Assembly (NCBI RefSeq): GCF_009834535.1
Contig: NC_045708.1
Location: 4,712,001 to 4,776,000 of the forward strand
Reading direction: 5' to 3'
Length of the DNA: 64,000 nucleotides
Source of the DNA: Camelus ferus
Lineage: Eukaryota
Shown: piece by piece, positions 23,310-34,400 of the stretch
Layout: every line of letters starts with the position of its first letter
How positions within the stretch are numbered: the first letter of the stretch is position 1
The notes under the pieces: generated by a model
The model's database searches: none
Seen by the model: only the letters and a program-made list of their open reading frames with translations
Told to the model about the DNA's origin: nothing
Translations under genes and position numbers: made by a program

Positions 23310-23929
23310 AAAAGGACATAGACTGAATCTTCCATGGTAGGTCCTTGGGCCACCTCTATCTAGTGGACTGTGGTCCAGTGATGTGTCATGGAACAGTGCC
23401 TGGTCGAGTGGAGGGGAATGTGGGGCTGCTCTGAGGTTGGGGACCGTGTGTGCCTGGCAGCGGGTGGACAGGCATCCTGGGGCAATCCTGGCCTGAAAGC
23501 TGCTCGGAGGCCTTGATCTACCTGAGGGTAGGAAAGCCTGCCTCGGGGCTCAGAAAATAAAATCAATCCTTGGCACTTTCATTGTATTTAGATACAGTAC
23601 GTTACAGTTTTAGTTTAATACAATCAACCTTAGAGCATTTTGAAGTCACAGGAAGGGAATTTGAAATTTATTAGGTTCATTTCTTAGCTCATTGTTTCTA
23701 AACTTTGAAAAAAAGTTGTTTTTGGTGCAAGTCATCATTCTCTCATTTGTGTTATCTCCTCCTATCTGTCCATCTTCTGCTACTTCCTAACCTTCTGCTT
23801 TCTTTTCTTTTCTGTCTTTTTAAAAAATCATTGTCTCCCTCCTTCCTCCCTTTCCTCTTCGTTTCTCACTTTGTTTTGTCCCTCCCTCTCTCCGTCTCTC
23901 CATCCCTCGCTCCCTCCCTGAAACAGCTC

Positions 23930-24140
23930 AGGCATGATGCACAGGTTAGACCTACTTGAATTCCAACTCTGCAACCTGTTAGCTCAGTGACTTTGGGCCC
24001 GTTACTGTTAAGTAACCTGCACCCATCGCTTTCCACACCCGGAAAATGGTAACAATGAGGGAATTTGCCTCTGGACGTGAGGATCCACTGTCAAACGTCT
24101 GGCACCTGGCACTTGCTCAGTGAAGGTAGATGTTGTTGTT
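23930..24140 (+). mobile_element. MIR
   Basis: TTGAATTCCAACTCTGC...GTGACTTTGGG...GGAAAATGG...CACCTGGCAC...CTCAGTGAAGGTAG. Confidence 0.65.
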
Positions 24141-24478
24141 TAGAAGTAGCTTCATGGAGCGGGGAGGGTCTCTATCCCACCTCTGTTGGTGGCTTCACTT
24201 GATGGCCAAACTGCGACTCGTGCTTTGTTTTGGATGACTGTGCTGCCGCCTGGGAGGTGGTGAGCTTTCGCTCCTGGGCCTTTCTGTGTGGTGGCTCCCT
24301 CTGATTTGGGGAAACCCCTGGGTAGGCTTCCACTTAGTCTGAACAGGTGTCCTGGCATGCCTCACCCACCCCCAACCCCGGTCCCCTCCCCACCTTGGAA
24401 GGAGCTGGGACATCACGGTCTTCCCTGGAAGGCCGTGCTCACCTCGGCGACGCTTTGGGTGGCTGCAAACAGTGCCCC

Positions 24479-24578
24479 AGGGGGTCTGGGCTGTGCTGAG
24501 GCTGTCTGTGTGCTGGAGGGGAAGGGGGTCTGGGCTGTGCTGAGGCTGTCTGTATGCTGGAGGGCAAGGGGGTCTGGG
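24479..24578. repeat. 44-bp tandem repeat, ~2.3 copies
   Basis: Unit AGGGGGTCTGGGCTGTGCTGAGGCTGTCTGTGTGCTGGAGGGGA starts at 24479, 24523 and 24567; 2 mismatches between the full copies. Confidence 0.96.
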
Positions 24579-26335
24579 TTCATTTTCAAAAGGAAGGTCC
24601 AAGCCCAGATGTTTGAAGGACTAATAGACACAGAAGATGTCCCCTCTTCCAGGCTCCTCTGAGCTCCTCTCTTTGTCAGTAAAGCAGCGACGGGAAGGCT
24701 GTGGTCAGTGGTCCCAGGGACCAAGAAACGACAAGCCCGGTGGTCTTATCCTCTGGCGGAGGAGGTGGGATCGTCCAGTTACTTCTCTGAATCTGTGGCT
24801 AAAAACCTTGACTTGATAAATGAGACGTGACCTTGAAGTAAATTTGCCTATTATCTGGGAGTCATGGAAGCAGAGATTAAAAGTAGACTTCATTTATTTT
24901 ACGAGGAGTCGGAGCATGTCAAGCTCCTCATAATTAGTAATAAGCTCATCTCCGCTTGATGACTTTTTACACTGTTTGTATTTTTTATCGATGTCGTCAC
25001 GCTCAGGTGGCCATCGCTTCCGGCCAGCCGTTTATGGCACGGGGTTTTATTTTAACTCCTGGGGACCTGGGGGGTCTCTCTGCACCCCAGGGCCACCCTC
25101 TTGCCCTTTGCCTCTGCTGCTCCTCCGCCTCCCCGCTCAGACTCACCTCTCCAGACTTGGCCCCCTCAGGCAGAAATAAATCTTAGGTGCTGAATGTAGA
25201 TGTACTTCCCTTCGTCCTCCTACAAGAGGAAGCGATGTGCAGTCCCTTCTTGGGTTAGCCAGCACCGTGCGGACCACGGCAGGCGCACGGTCAGGGGAAG
25301 GGCTGCTGTTTCCAGACCAAATGAGGCCTCGGAGCCTTTGTTAACGGGGCTCCTGGCCGTGCAGCGCCTTGTTTGTGGACAGCCAGGTCGCCCGTCTTTG
25401 TCCCCTCGGCCCCGTGGCGAGAGCTCGTGTCTCTGATTGGCAGCGCTGACAGTCAGGAAAGAGAGGGGGGCACGGCACGCCCCCCGGACCCGGAGCCCTG
25501 CGGCTTTCACTGTCAAGTCTTGCCCTTCTGCAGCCCAGAAGGCACATGGGGAACTGGGAACCTCTCTTCTAGAAAGCTCTGGGAGACGTGCCCCGCTGCG
25601 GGGCCTGGGGTGGAGTGGGCTCACCGTGGGCCCGAGGGGAGCTCGCTGAGAGCGTCTTGGCTCCGTCTGTTCGGCCCTGTTGTCGGTGGTGGGGGTCAGA
25701 TGACCGCTTTCCAACGAGACGCTGGGGCTCAGAGAGCGGCCAGCCTTTCCTCATTCCTGTGATGTGTGTGCGGGGGCCCGGGGGGTCTAAGGAGGGCACC
25801 CCGGGTTGGGGCCACGGTGGGTCTTGTGCTTCACAGAGGACTGGGCAGCTGATGGCCCTGCTCCCAGGGCAGGGAAGACCATGGCTGGCCTCACCCAACT
25901 GTGCTCTGGAAGAGGCCGGGGAGCCCCCTCCCCCTCGGTGCTCCCAGCAGTCGGTCCCTCCCACCAGGGGGAGGAGGACTCAGGCAGCCCGTCCTCCGAC
26001 CCCGTGAGTGTCAGAACCATCCTCACCCTTCAGCTCGAAGTTCGTCTCTTCTTGAAGACTTTACTTCGAATTCGTTTCTCTTTCCTGCTGTCCTTTGGCA
26101 GTTAGTTTTAGCTCATTGATGGAAGAAACATTTTGACCACTGTGACGTGCAGAGATGAAGTGGCCTGCAGATGGACCACCGGGCCATCTTTAGAGCTGGT
26201 GCAGGGGCTCCGGCTGTGTTCTTGGAGCACGAACTCTGAAGCGGGAGAGAGCAGGGCGTCCGCTGAGGTAAGCAGGGAAGATAAAACACCTGCCTTCTTC
26301 TGAACCAGGGTCTGGGCGGAGTGTTTCAGAGCTAG

Positions 26336-26786
26336 CGTACTAGCTGACTAGGGCTGTACCAGTACCGCAGCCTGGGCGCTTAAACAGCAGACCTCTGTCC
26401 TCTCCCAGTTCCAGAGTCTTAAGTCCACGATCAAGAAGCTGGCAGGGTTTGTTCCTTCCAGAGTCTTTGAGGGGGAACCTGGCCCGTGACTCTCTCCTGG
26501 CTTCTGGGGCTTTGCTGACGATCCTCAGAGGCCCTTGGCCTGTAGATTCATCCTCCCCACGTCTGCCTTCATCTTCGCTGGGCATTCTCCCCACGTGCAT
26601 GTCTGTGTCCAAATCTCACTGTTTTTCTAAGGATACCAGTCATATTAAGTGAGGACCCACCCTAATGACTTCAGTTTAACTTGACCACCTCTGAAAAGAT
26701 CCTCTCTCCAAAAAAGATCACATTCTGAGATACTGGGGGTTGGGGCCCTAACATACGGATTTTAGATGGGGTACAACTTAACTGAT
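26336..26786 (-). mobile_element. MLT1B-type MaLR solo LTR
   Basis: CTAGGGCTG...GCTTAAACAGCAGA...TAAGGATACCAGTCATATT...GGACCCACCCTAATGAC...TCACATTCTGAGATACTGGGGGTT. Confidence 0.88.
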
Positions 26787-26949
26787 GCCCGCTCAGAAAG
26801 AAGAGGTGCAGCCTAGTGACGTCGAAGCTGGAATTCACTGAAGAGGTGGGTTCAGGAGGTGACTCCCACTAAGGCTGTGTCTGACAGGACGGGGCCCTGG
26901 CACCGAGGTGGTGGAGAGTGGGGCTGAGAAGACAGGCTGCCTAGCCCTC

Positions 26950-27140
26950 GGTTCAAACCTCAGGTCTACTGTTTACCAGCGAGTGACCTCTGTCCAATGA
27001 CTTCACTTCTCCAAAGCTCAGTTTCCTATTTGTAAACGGTACCACACTCACCTTGGAAGGCGGAACTGGGGTCCAGTGAAATAACTGGTGAAAAGTGTCC
27101 ATGCACTGACCCTGTGCTGGGGACATGCTAAATGCTCGCG
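26950..27140 (+). mobile_element. MIR
   Basis: GGTTCAAACCTCAG...GTGACCT...CTCAGTTTCCTATTTGTAAA...ACATGCTAAATGCTC. Confidence 0.75.
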
Positions 27141-27754
27141 GGCTTTGTGTATTTCCATTCACCTTCGCCATGTCCTAGAACGGCCTGGTCGGTCAGGGTT
27201 GGCCAATGCAGACGCGGGGATTTGCAGCAAGGAAGAAGGTCAGAGGCCACCCACCTCCTGCCACATCTGCCACCTTCTCTCCACCAGATCTGTCTGCAGC
27301 CACTTGGCAGTCAGGGCACAGCACGGCTTGGCTGAAGGGAGTTTACTGCTGAAATTAATAGGGTGATTTTCTGCAGCACATAAATCTGTCCGCGCTCGGC
27401 TGAGGTCTCCCGTGCTGCTGCCTCAGCCGTTGTTAATGGGACTTGCCCCTGGAAAGCGGGGCTGTGAGTGTTAGGGTGTCGTTCTGGATGCTTCTTCCTA
27501 GGGAAGGGGTACAGCTCATGGGGAGATTCAGTAATCGAAGCTCAGCTTGGCTTTTTAGGCGCTGCCTGCCAGCCTGGCCAAGGGGTCGCCTTCGACAAAA
27601 AATAGGAGGGAGGCCGTGTTTGTTTAGAATAATGGTCCCTCATCTTATCAAGCTGCCCAGCACAGGGCTGACAGAAACCAGCTGGGCCTCTGGTTTCTCT
27701 CCAAATGAACGATCGTTCATGTGTTCAACGCGTGTCTCCTGAGCTCCTCGCTTG

Positions 27755-27950
27755 GGACAAGCCCATCACCGGTAGTGGGGATACCAAGGAGAACAGGGCA
27801 GATTTGGTCCCCAGCTTCATGGAACTTGAAGTCAAGCAGAGAACTTTGGGGTTGGGGTCAGGGGAGCAGTCAGAAAAGGCTTCCCTGGGGAGGTGGCCTT
27901 CTGGCTGACACTTGATAGGTGAGTCAGAGCTGGCCAGGCCAGAAAGGGAG
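27755..27950 (-). mobile_element. L2 fragment
   Basis: GGGGATAC...GGTCCCCAGCTTCATGGAACTT...GTCAGAAAAGGCTTCCCTGGGGAGGTGGC. Confidence 0.6.
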
Positions 27951-28086
27951 GCCACAGAGCCTGGGACCCCTGAGGAAATGCATCCTCCTTCTTCAAGGAC
28001 TTCTGTGATTCTTCTTGTTTACTGCATAGAAGGAACCAGAATATTCAGGTCCTATGTATCCAGTCACCTAAGTGACTTTTCCACAG

Positions 28087-28108
28087 CTTGACTTTTTAAA
28101 AAGTCAAG
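28087..28108. other. Perfect 22-bp palindrome CTTGACTTTTTAAAAAGTCAAG
   Basis: Self-reverse-complementary, checked base by base. Confidence 0.97.
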
Positions 28109-28647
28109 GTGAATCTCATTTCATGCAATAAATATTAACCTGGAAGGCTGGGGTACATTAAACTTTTATACATCACAATCAATTTCTTATGCAAGAGAGG
28201 ACTTGCCACTAGTTAAAGGAGTTTGGGGTGAAAACTCTTTTGGTGAGAGTCATCTTCCTCATTCCTCTGGGCAGGGCCCAAGCATACGAACCATCGTTCA
28301 TTCTCCATCGCCTCCCCTCCCTGTCTGCACCTCTGCCTTGATTCCCAGTGGCCTGGGCTGCTCTCTGCCTTGGATCCTCTTTGAGGAAGAGTCCTTGATA
28401 TCTACCCTCTAGGGGTTGAAAATTCCTAAAATGAATAGACCATAATCCATCTATCTTAGAAAATCAACTGTGAAACATTTCTCTGTATTTGGGCAGGGCC
28501 AGGTGGCCCACTTGCAAATAGTCACAGCTATTCCCAAATGACTCAGCATACTCACAAAGCCAGAGCACCTGTCCCCGACCTGCTTCGCATCCTAGACACC
28601 TGATTTTGGAACTAAGACACTTATTCTGTTTTGGTCTTTTTCTTATA

Positions 28648-30017
28648 GTTTGTGGGCTTGGGTAGAGTTGGTGGATGTGGGCGGAGTTGGTGGGCTTGGG
28701 TGGAGTTGGTGGGTGTGAGTAGAGTTGGTGGGTGTGAGTAGAGTTGGTGGGTGTGGGCAGAATTGGTGGGCTTGGGTGGAGTTGGTGGGTGTGAGTAGAG
28801 TTGGTGGGTGGGCTTGGGTAGAGTTGGTGGGTGTGAGTAGAGTTGGTGGGTGTGAGTAGAGTTGGTGGGTGTGAGTAGAGTTGGTGGGTGTGAGTAGAGT
28901 TGGTGGGTGGTGTGAGTTGGTAGAGTTGGTGGGTGTGGTGGTGTGAGTAGAGTTGGTGGGCTTGGGTGGAGTTGGTGGGTATGAGTAGAGTTGGTGGGTG
29001 TGAGTGGAGTTGGTGGGTGTGAGTGGAGTTGGTGGGTGTGAGTGGAGTTGGTGGGCTTGGGTGGAGTTGGTGGGTATGAGTAGAGTTGGTGGGTGTGAGT
29101 GGAGTTGGTGGGTGTGAGTGGAGTTGGTGGGTGTGAGTGGAGTTGGTGGGTGTGAGTAGAGTTGGTGGGTGTGGGCAGAGTTGGTGGGCTTGGGTGGAGT
29201 TGGTGGGTATGAGTAGAGTTGGTGGTGTGGTGGAGTTGGTGGGTGTGAGTAGTTGGTGGGTGTGAGTAGAGTTGGTGGGTGTGCGCAGAATTGGTGGGCT
29301 TGGGTGGAGTTGTGTGGGTGTGAGTAGAGTTGGTGGGTGTGAGTAGAGTTGGTGGGTGTGGGCAGAATTGGTGGGCTTGGGTGGAGTTGGTGGGTGTGAG
29401 TAGAGTTGGTGGGTGTGAGTAGAGTTGGTGGTTGTGTGGTAGAGTTGGTGGGTGTGAGTAGAGTTGGTGGGCTTGGGTAGAGTTGTGGGTATGAGTAGAG
29501 TGGGTGGGTGTGAGTAGAGTTGGTGGGCTTGGGTGGAGTTGGGGGGTGTGAGTAGAGTTGGTGGTGTGAGTAGAGTTGGTGGGTGTGAGTAGAGTTGGGT
29601 GGTGTCGGCGGAGTTGGTGGGCTTGGGTGGAGTTGGTGGTGTGAGTAGAGTTGGTGGTGTGAGTAGAGTTGGTGGGTGTGTGGTGGAGTTGGTGGGCTTG
29701 GGTGGCGTTGGTGGTGTGGTCTGATTGGTGGGTGTGCGTGAGTTAGGGGGTGTGGGTGGAGTTTGGTGGTTGTGAGTAGAGTTGGGGGGTGTGAGTAGAG
29801 TTGGGTGTGGTTGGTGGTGAGTAGAGTTGGGTGGGTGTGTTGGGGGTGTAGTAGATTGGTGGCTAGGTGAGTTGGGGGGTGAGTAGATTGGGGTGGTGAG
29901 TCGCGTTGGGTGTGGGTGTTGGTGCTTGAATAGAGTTGGTGGGTGTGAGTAGAGTTGGTGGGTGTGAGTAGAGTTGGTGGGTGTGGGCGGAGTTGGTGTG
30001 CTTGGGTAGTTTTGGTG
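28648..30017. repeat. G-rich 19-bp minisatellite (VNTR), ~72 units
   Basis: Units GGTGTGAGTAGAGTTGGTG, GGCTTGGGTGGAGTTGGTG and variants; identical 95-bp five-unit blocks at 28961-29055 and 29056-29150. Confidence 0.98.
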
Positions 30018-31169
30018 AACTGGGGTACCTGGGGGCAAAGACCCCTGATAGAACATGACTAGAAGAACATGACTATTTTACAGCCCACTCAGATGAGAGA
30101 GGCTGTCTATAGAAGTTGGAAGATTTGGGGGAAACTTTAATGCAGACACAAGGCAAGTGGAAAATGTGTGAGCTGTGAGTAGGAGGCACCGCACCCTTGT
30201 CTGACCCAAGTGTCAGATCAACACGGACGTGGTGTTCAGTCATTGTGTCTCACGTGGACGTGGGCTGGGCTGTTTTCTTATCTCCAGTCTCACTTGGTGA
30301 TTAATACCTTTTTTAATGTTCAGCTGCAGTGAATTCTTAATAAATTATTTTGTAGCACATTGAAATCACTTTGTAAGCTTTCTGTTAACACCTTTAAGAG
30401 GCCTCCAGCCATAAAATATTACTTTATCATCTTCCCCACGCTGGACATTTGATGTAATGCTCACGTCTTGGGGCTTGTTAATAAATAATGAATGGAGGGA
30501 TGATCTGGGGGGTGACCTTTTGTAGAACATCATCCGTCAGCCAAACTTCACGTTATCCTTTCTTTTATGCCGACTCCGGCTTGCAGGCTACGCAGTTTGC
30601 AGTTTGCTTCCTGCCGGTGAGTGGTATTTCCACAGGATGGGGGCCGCTGGACATTGTTTTTCTCTGGGACCTTAGGAGGATTTAGGCCCTGTGAGAGCAG
30701 GTCTATTTGGGGTCCACCCAGAGTCGGGGGGAGGAGGTCTCTTGACTGTGTCCCCAAGTTGGTAATGAGACCCCACTGACCCCAGCAGGTGCTCTCTGTG
30801 TCTGGAGCGTGGTAGCCATGCGGCCAGCCAGCTGGGTGGGGGCGTCTCTCTGCTAAGCTTCTGCACCTTGTTAGCCCCCCTCCAAGGCAAAGCAAGCCAG
30901 AGCATCACAAGGACCCTGACACCTGCGGCCAGAGCTCAGAGGAGAGTCACGAACTGTGAAGTCACTGAAGTTTAAAATCAGAAAGAAAGGGAAAAAAAAA
31001 AAAAAGATGTTTTTCTAGTCCAGCCCGATCAGTTTGCAGAGAGGAACCAGTTCAGAAAAGCCCAGGGCCTTTCCCAAGGTCGCACATGGGGTCTAGCGGA
31101 CTTTCCACTTGATCTTGAACTCTGGCCTTTGTTTCTGTGCTCTCCATCATGCGACAGCTCCAGATTCAC

Positions 31170-31430
31170 TTCTTTTGTTCATAAACCAGTGTTTATCGAG
31201 CACTGACCAGATGCAGGAGCTACATAGCATCCTGGGGACTCTGCAGAGAGCAAGGCAGATATGCGTCCCTGCCCTCCAGGACGATGCCTGTTAGACCAAA
31301 GAATATTTGGTGACCATCCCAGCTCTGATATGTGCTATGAAGGGAGAGGGGAGGGCACTCAGGCAGCTATGGGAGAGGCTCTCCCGAGGGCAGCATGTTG
31401 GAAGTGAGACGTCAAACAAGATTAGGATGC
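31170..31430 (-). mobile_element. L2 3' fragment
   Basis: TTCATAAACCAGTGTTTATCGAGCAC...CCCTGCCCTCCAGGA...GTGCTATGAAGGGA. Confidence 0.65.
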
Positions 31431-34400
31431 TCTGGGGGCCACGAGACAAGGGCATCACTGTGGGTCATGCGCTGAGGCGACAGAGATGAGGTCCCCTATC
31501 TGTGGATAAGCCCAGTGGAAACATTGCCCCTGGAGCTTGTAGCACAAAGCAGAGGCTCAGTGTGCGTCTGTGGGTTGAGTGAGTGAGTGAGCCAACCATG
31601 ACTTCTCCAATGAGGCGGGTCAGGGCTGGTGGTGGCGGTGGTAGGCTCTAGGGTGGAGGGCCTCTGGTCTCGGTGGCTGATGACGAACGACTGGGGGTCA
31701 GCCCAAAGACTGACCTCCTCAAGGAGCAGCTGTGATGTCTAGCTGGCCTCACACTTGGCCTTGAGGCCCCATGAGGACTAACCCCAGGGTCGTGGTCCCC
31801 AGATGTCTCGGGGTGACGCTGCTCTGTGAAGAGGCCTCTCTAGCATCACGCACTTGGTGTCCCTCCCCCAGGGAGGCTTAATGACCCGAACCGGTAACAC
31901 CAAGTCAGGCATCTGAAAATCACCCTAAAAATTATCTTTCGAGTTTTATTTCTTCAAATCCTGAGTCGATCACATTTTATTGTTGAATACTGAAATCTCA
32001 TTACTTTAGGAAGTGCTATTACCAAGCTATTACTTGAAAGGAATTTCTCTCTCCTGTTCTGATTAAAACCTCCTGTTCATATTTAAAAAAATAATTTCAG
32101 ATCTTTCTTCCTTTTTTTTTTATGGTCCTGAAATTGTAAACGTGCATGAAGCCTCTCTGCCTGGGCCTCGTGCTGGCGTGTGGCCTCAGCAGCGTAGGCT
32201 GGTAGAGAGAGCACCCTACCCGGGCTGGGATGGGATGGCGGGCCCCCTTCCAGGACGCCTGCTTGTTGAAGATGGTCCCCGTTCCTGCGTCTGGTTTGGT
32301 TGCTTCATAAGACTGTATAATCATATGCTAAGATTCGATTTATATGCTAAATTCTCATTGTAGTTCTGGCCCAAATGATAGCTCCCCTGGCCACTTGGTT
32401 TGAGCCAGCTCTGGGGTAATTTGCCAGCAAGGCAATTCTGGGAAAGCTGGCCGTACAGTCCAGAGTTTCGCCTTCCCACTGACTGATGAGCCCAGAGGAG
32501 CTTGCTTGGCCTCCCGGAGGGAGGTCAGGCCCTGTCAGGTCAGGTCCACCCTGGAGGATGGAAAGTGCAGCTCTTGAGAAGATTCCTTCTCCTCTCCAAC
32601 CATTGCTCCCACCTCTACAAAGCTGTCCTGCTTCCTGGGTCTGAGTCTCCAAGCTGGGAGATGGTCCAGGCCCTGCAGGGTGCGAGAGGCCTCCATCACC
32701 TGCTTACCTCCCAGCATCCTTTCTCCTCTGGCCCCTGCCTTCTCGCTGTGAGCCTGGTGGATGCAACACCATTGCTGGCACAGTGGTGCTCAGAAAATGT
32801 TTGTCTGACCGGGAGCAGAATTAACATCAGCATCCGGAAAGCCGAGTGGGTTTGGGGAGGGAAGTGGCCTCAGGAATTCTGACAGGCAGAGATGATTTTT
32901 TTTGTACGTTGGGTCCCCCCGGCCAAGGACATCCTGCTCAGTCAATTCCTTCCTTCATTGCTCCCATTTGTTTTGGGCTGGCTCCACTGATCTAAGCCTT
33001 GATGTGTGTTTCCACGTGGGTACAAAGTCCTAGCAATGCAGCTTGGGGCGGAGACCCCCTGGCCGGGATTGCGCTCGAGAAAGGATCTGCTTGACCCTGG
33101 CTGGGGGGAGCCAGGGAGGAGGAGGGGGAAGCGGCTCCTTCCTCCCCAGGGGCTGCCCCGCCAAGGCCACGGTCTGCCTTGGAGAGAACTCAGAACAGCT
33201 CTGCGGCCCCACACGGGCACTGGCTGGGTGCGCACGCAGCAAGAATTCTTTTCTGGACTCTCAGCAGATGGAATTATTTACGACCGCCAAGGCCGAGATT
33301 TCCTGGCTCTGCAGACAACGTGCAGCAGGTGAAGGAGACCCTCTCCTCCTGCTGAGAGCTGATGATAACATTCTGCAAGCCCTCCCCACCGATGTGTCTT
33401 CAGTGGCGTGGCCGAGGATATTTTTAGTTCCCTGGGTGAGTTGGCACCCAAGTACCCGCATCTACAATGAAGGCTCTCGGACCACGGGCTGGAGGCACCA
33501 GCGCCAGCCTCCCGCGTGGATACAAGACTGCAGTGACCCACCGGCTGGGCTGCCCGAGCTCCCTCTGCAGCCTCCCTCCCTGGGATGGAGAAGGGGCAGC
33601 CCCCTATTTCTGACACAGCCCATCTGTCTGGGTCGCTAGTCTCAGAGTTAATTTTGGATGGAACTCCACCGACGTCTCCCTTCTGGTGATGCAAAACCTG
33701 ACCTTTGGCTCCGTCTCTGGGTCCTTTCCCTTCTCCTCACCCCACGCTGCCTGCTGCCTTCATCTCTGCTCTATTCTTTCCTCTTAGAAAAAAATCCTGC
33801 TGACAGGAGCTTTCTTCCTTGTCATTTTGGAGATCATCAACAAATTCTATAGAGAGGTGACCTCCATTATGAGAAAGAAACGGGTTGTTGGCCAGGACCC
33901 AAGCTGAGGAGTTGGAACTCTTTTGACTGGCAAGGTGACATTGTGTCATATCAGCATTCACGGCCAGCGCTCTTCTCCTAGGAGAGTAATTATTTCTTTC
34001 AGAGCGAAAGGTCCAATTTGCTGTAAAGAACAGAGCCCCAGGTAAAGCGGAAGAGCTGGCTGCAAGCTCCCTTGACATAAAGGAGACCCGACTGCCCCGT
34101 CCCCAGCTTCCCTTCAGACTCTCCATCATAACGACCATCCCGCCAGATTTATTATGTTTATTTGTACTTCCTGCCTGTCATAACACATTAGGGCGGCTTC
34201 ACATTCCTTTGGCGAGGCCGGGCTTGGCAGATTGAGCTGAGTGCCCCGCCGCCGACACCACCTCTGCATCCTCGGCTCCGGGTGGGGGCCGGGAGGCCCC
34301 TTTGGAGGAACGTGGAGAGGTCTGGTGCACCCCGCCCCCAGCTGCCATCTCCCTGTCTCCCGGGCCATTACAAGGAGGGCGGGTGGACCGAGTGTGCAGC

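Noticed and set aside
28648-30017. CRISPR-like array, or Chi-like (GTTGGTGG vs GCTGGTGG) recombination signal
   Set aside because: No unique spacers and no cas genes in a mammalian context; Chi has no established function in mammals.
28464-30056. 530-aa Pro/Thr/His-rich minus-strand ORF (mucin-like)
   Set aside because: It is the C-rich strand of the 19-bp minisatellite. The unit is not a multiple of 3, the peptide cycles through three frame motifs, and stops are absent only because TTA/CTA/TCA hardly occur in the repeat.
323-30416. Apparent enrichment of CCATAAA/TTTATGG and ATGCAAAT motifs window-wide
   Set aside because: Counts (about 5 and 3-4) are near my rough chance expectation for 64 kb.
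7207-33328. Other AG...GT pairs: + 7207-7236, 8021-8029, 10474-10494, 22370-22415, 30587-30616, 33268-33328; minus 32708-32878
   Set aside because: Plausible splice signals, but this many are expected by chance in 64 kb; several are closed in all frames or have weak tracts. Not distinguishable without RNA data.
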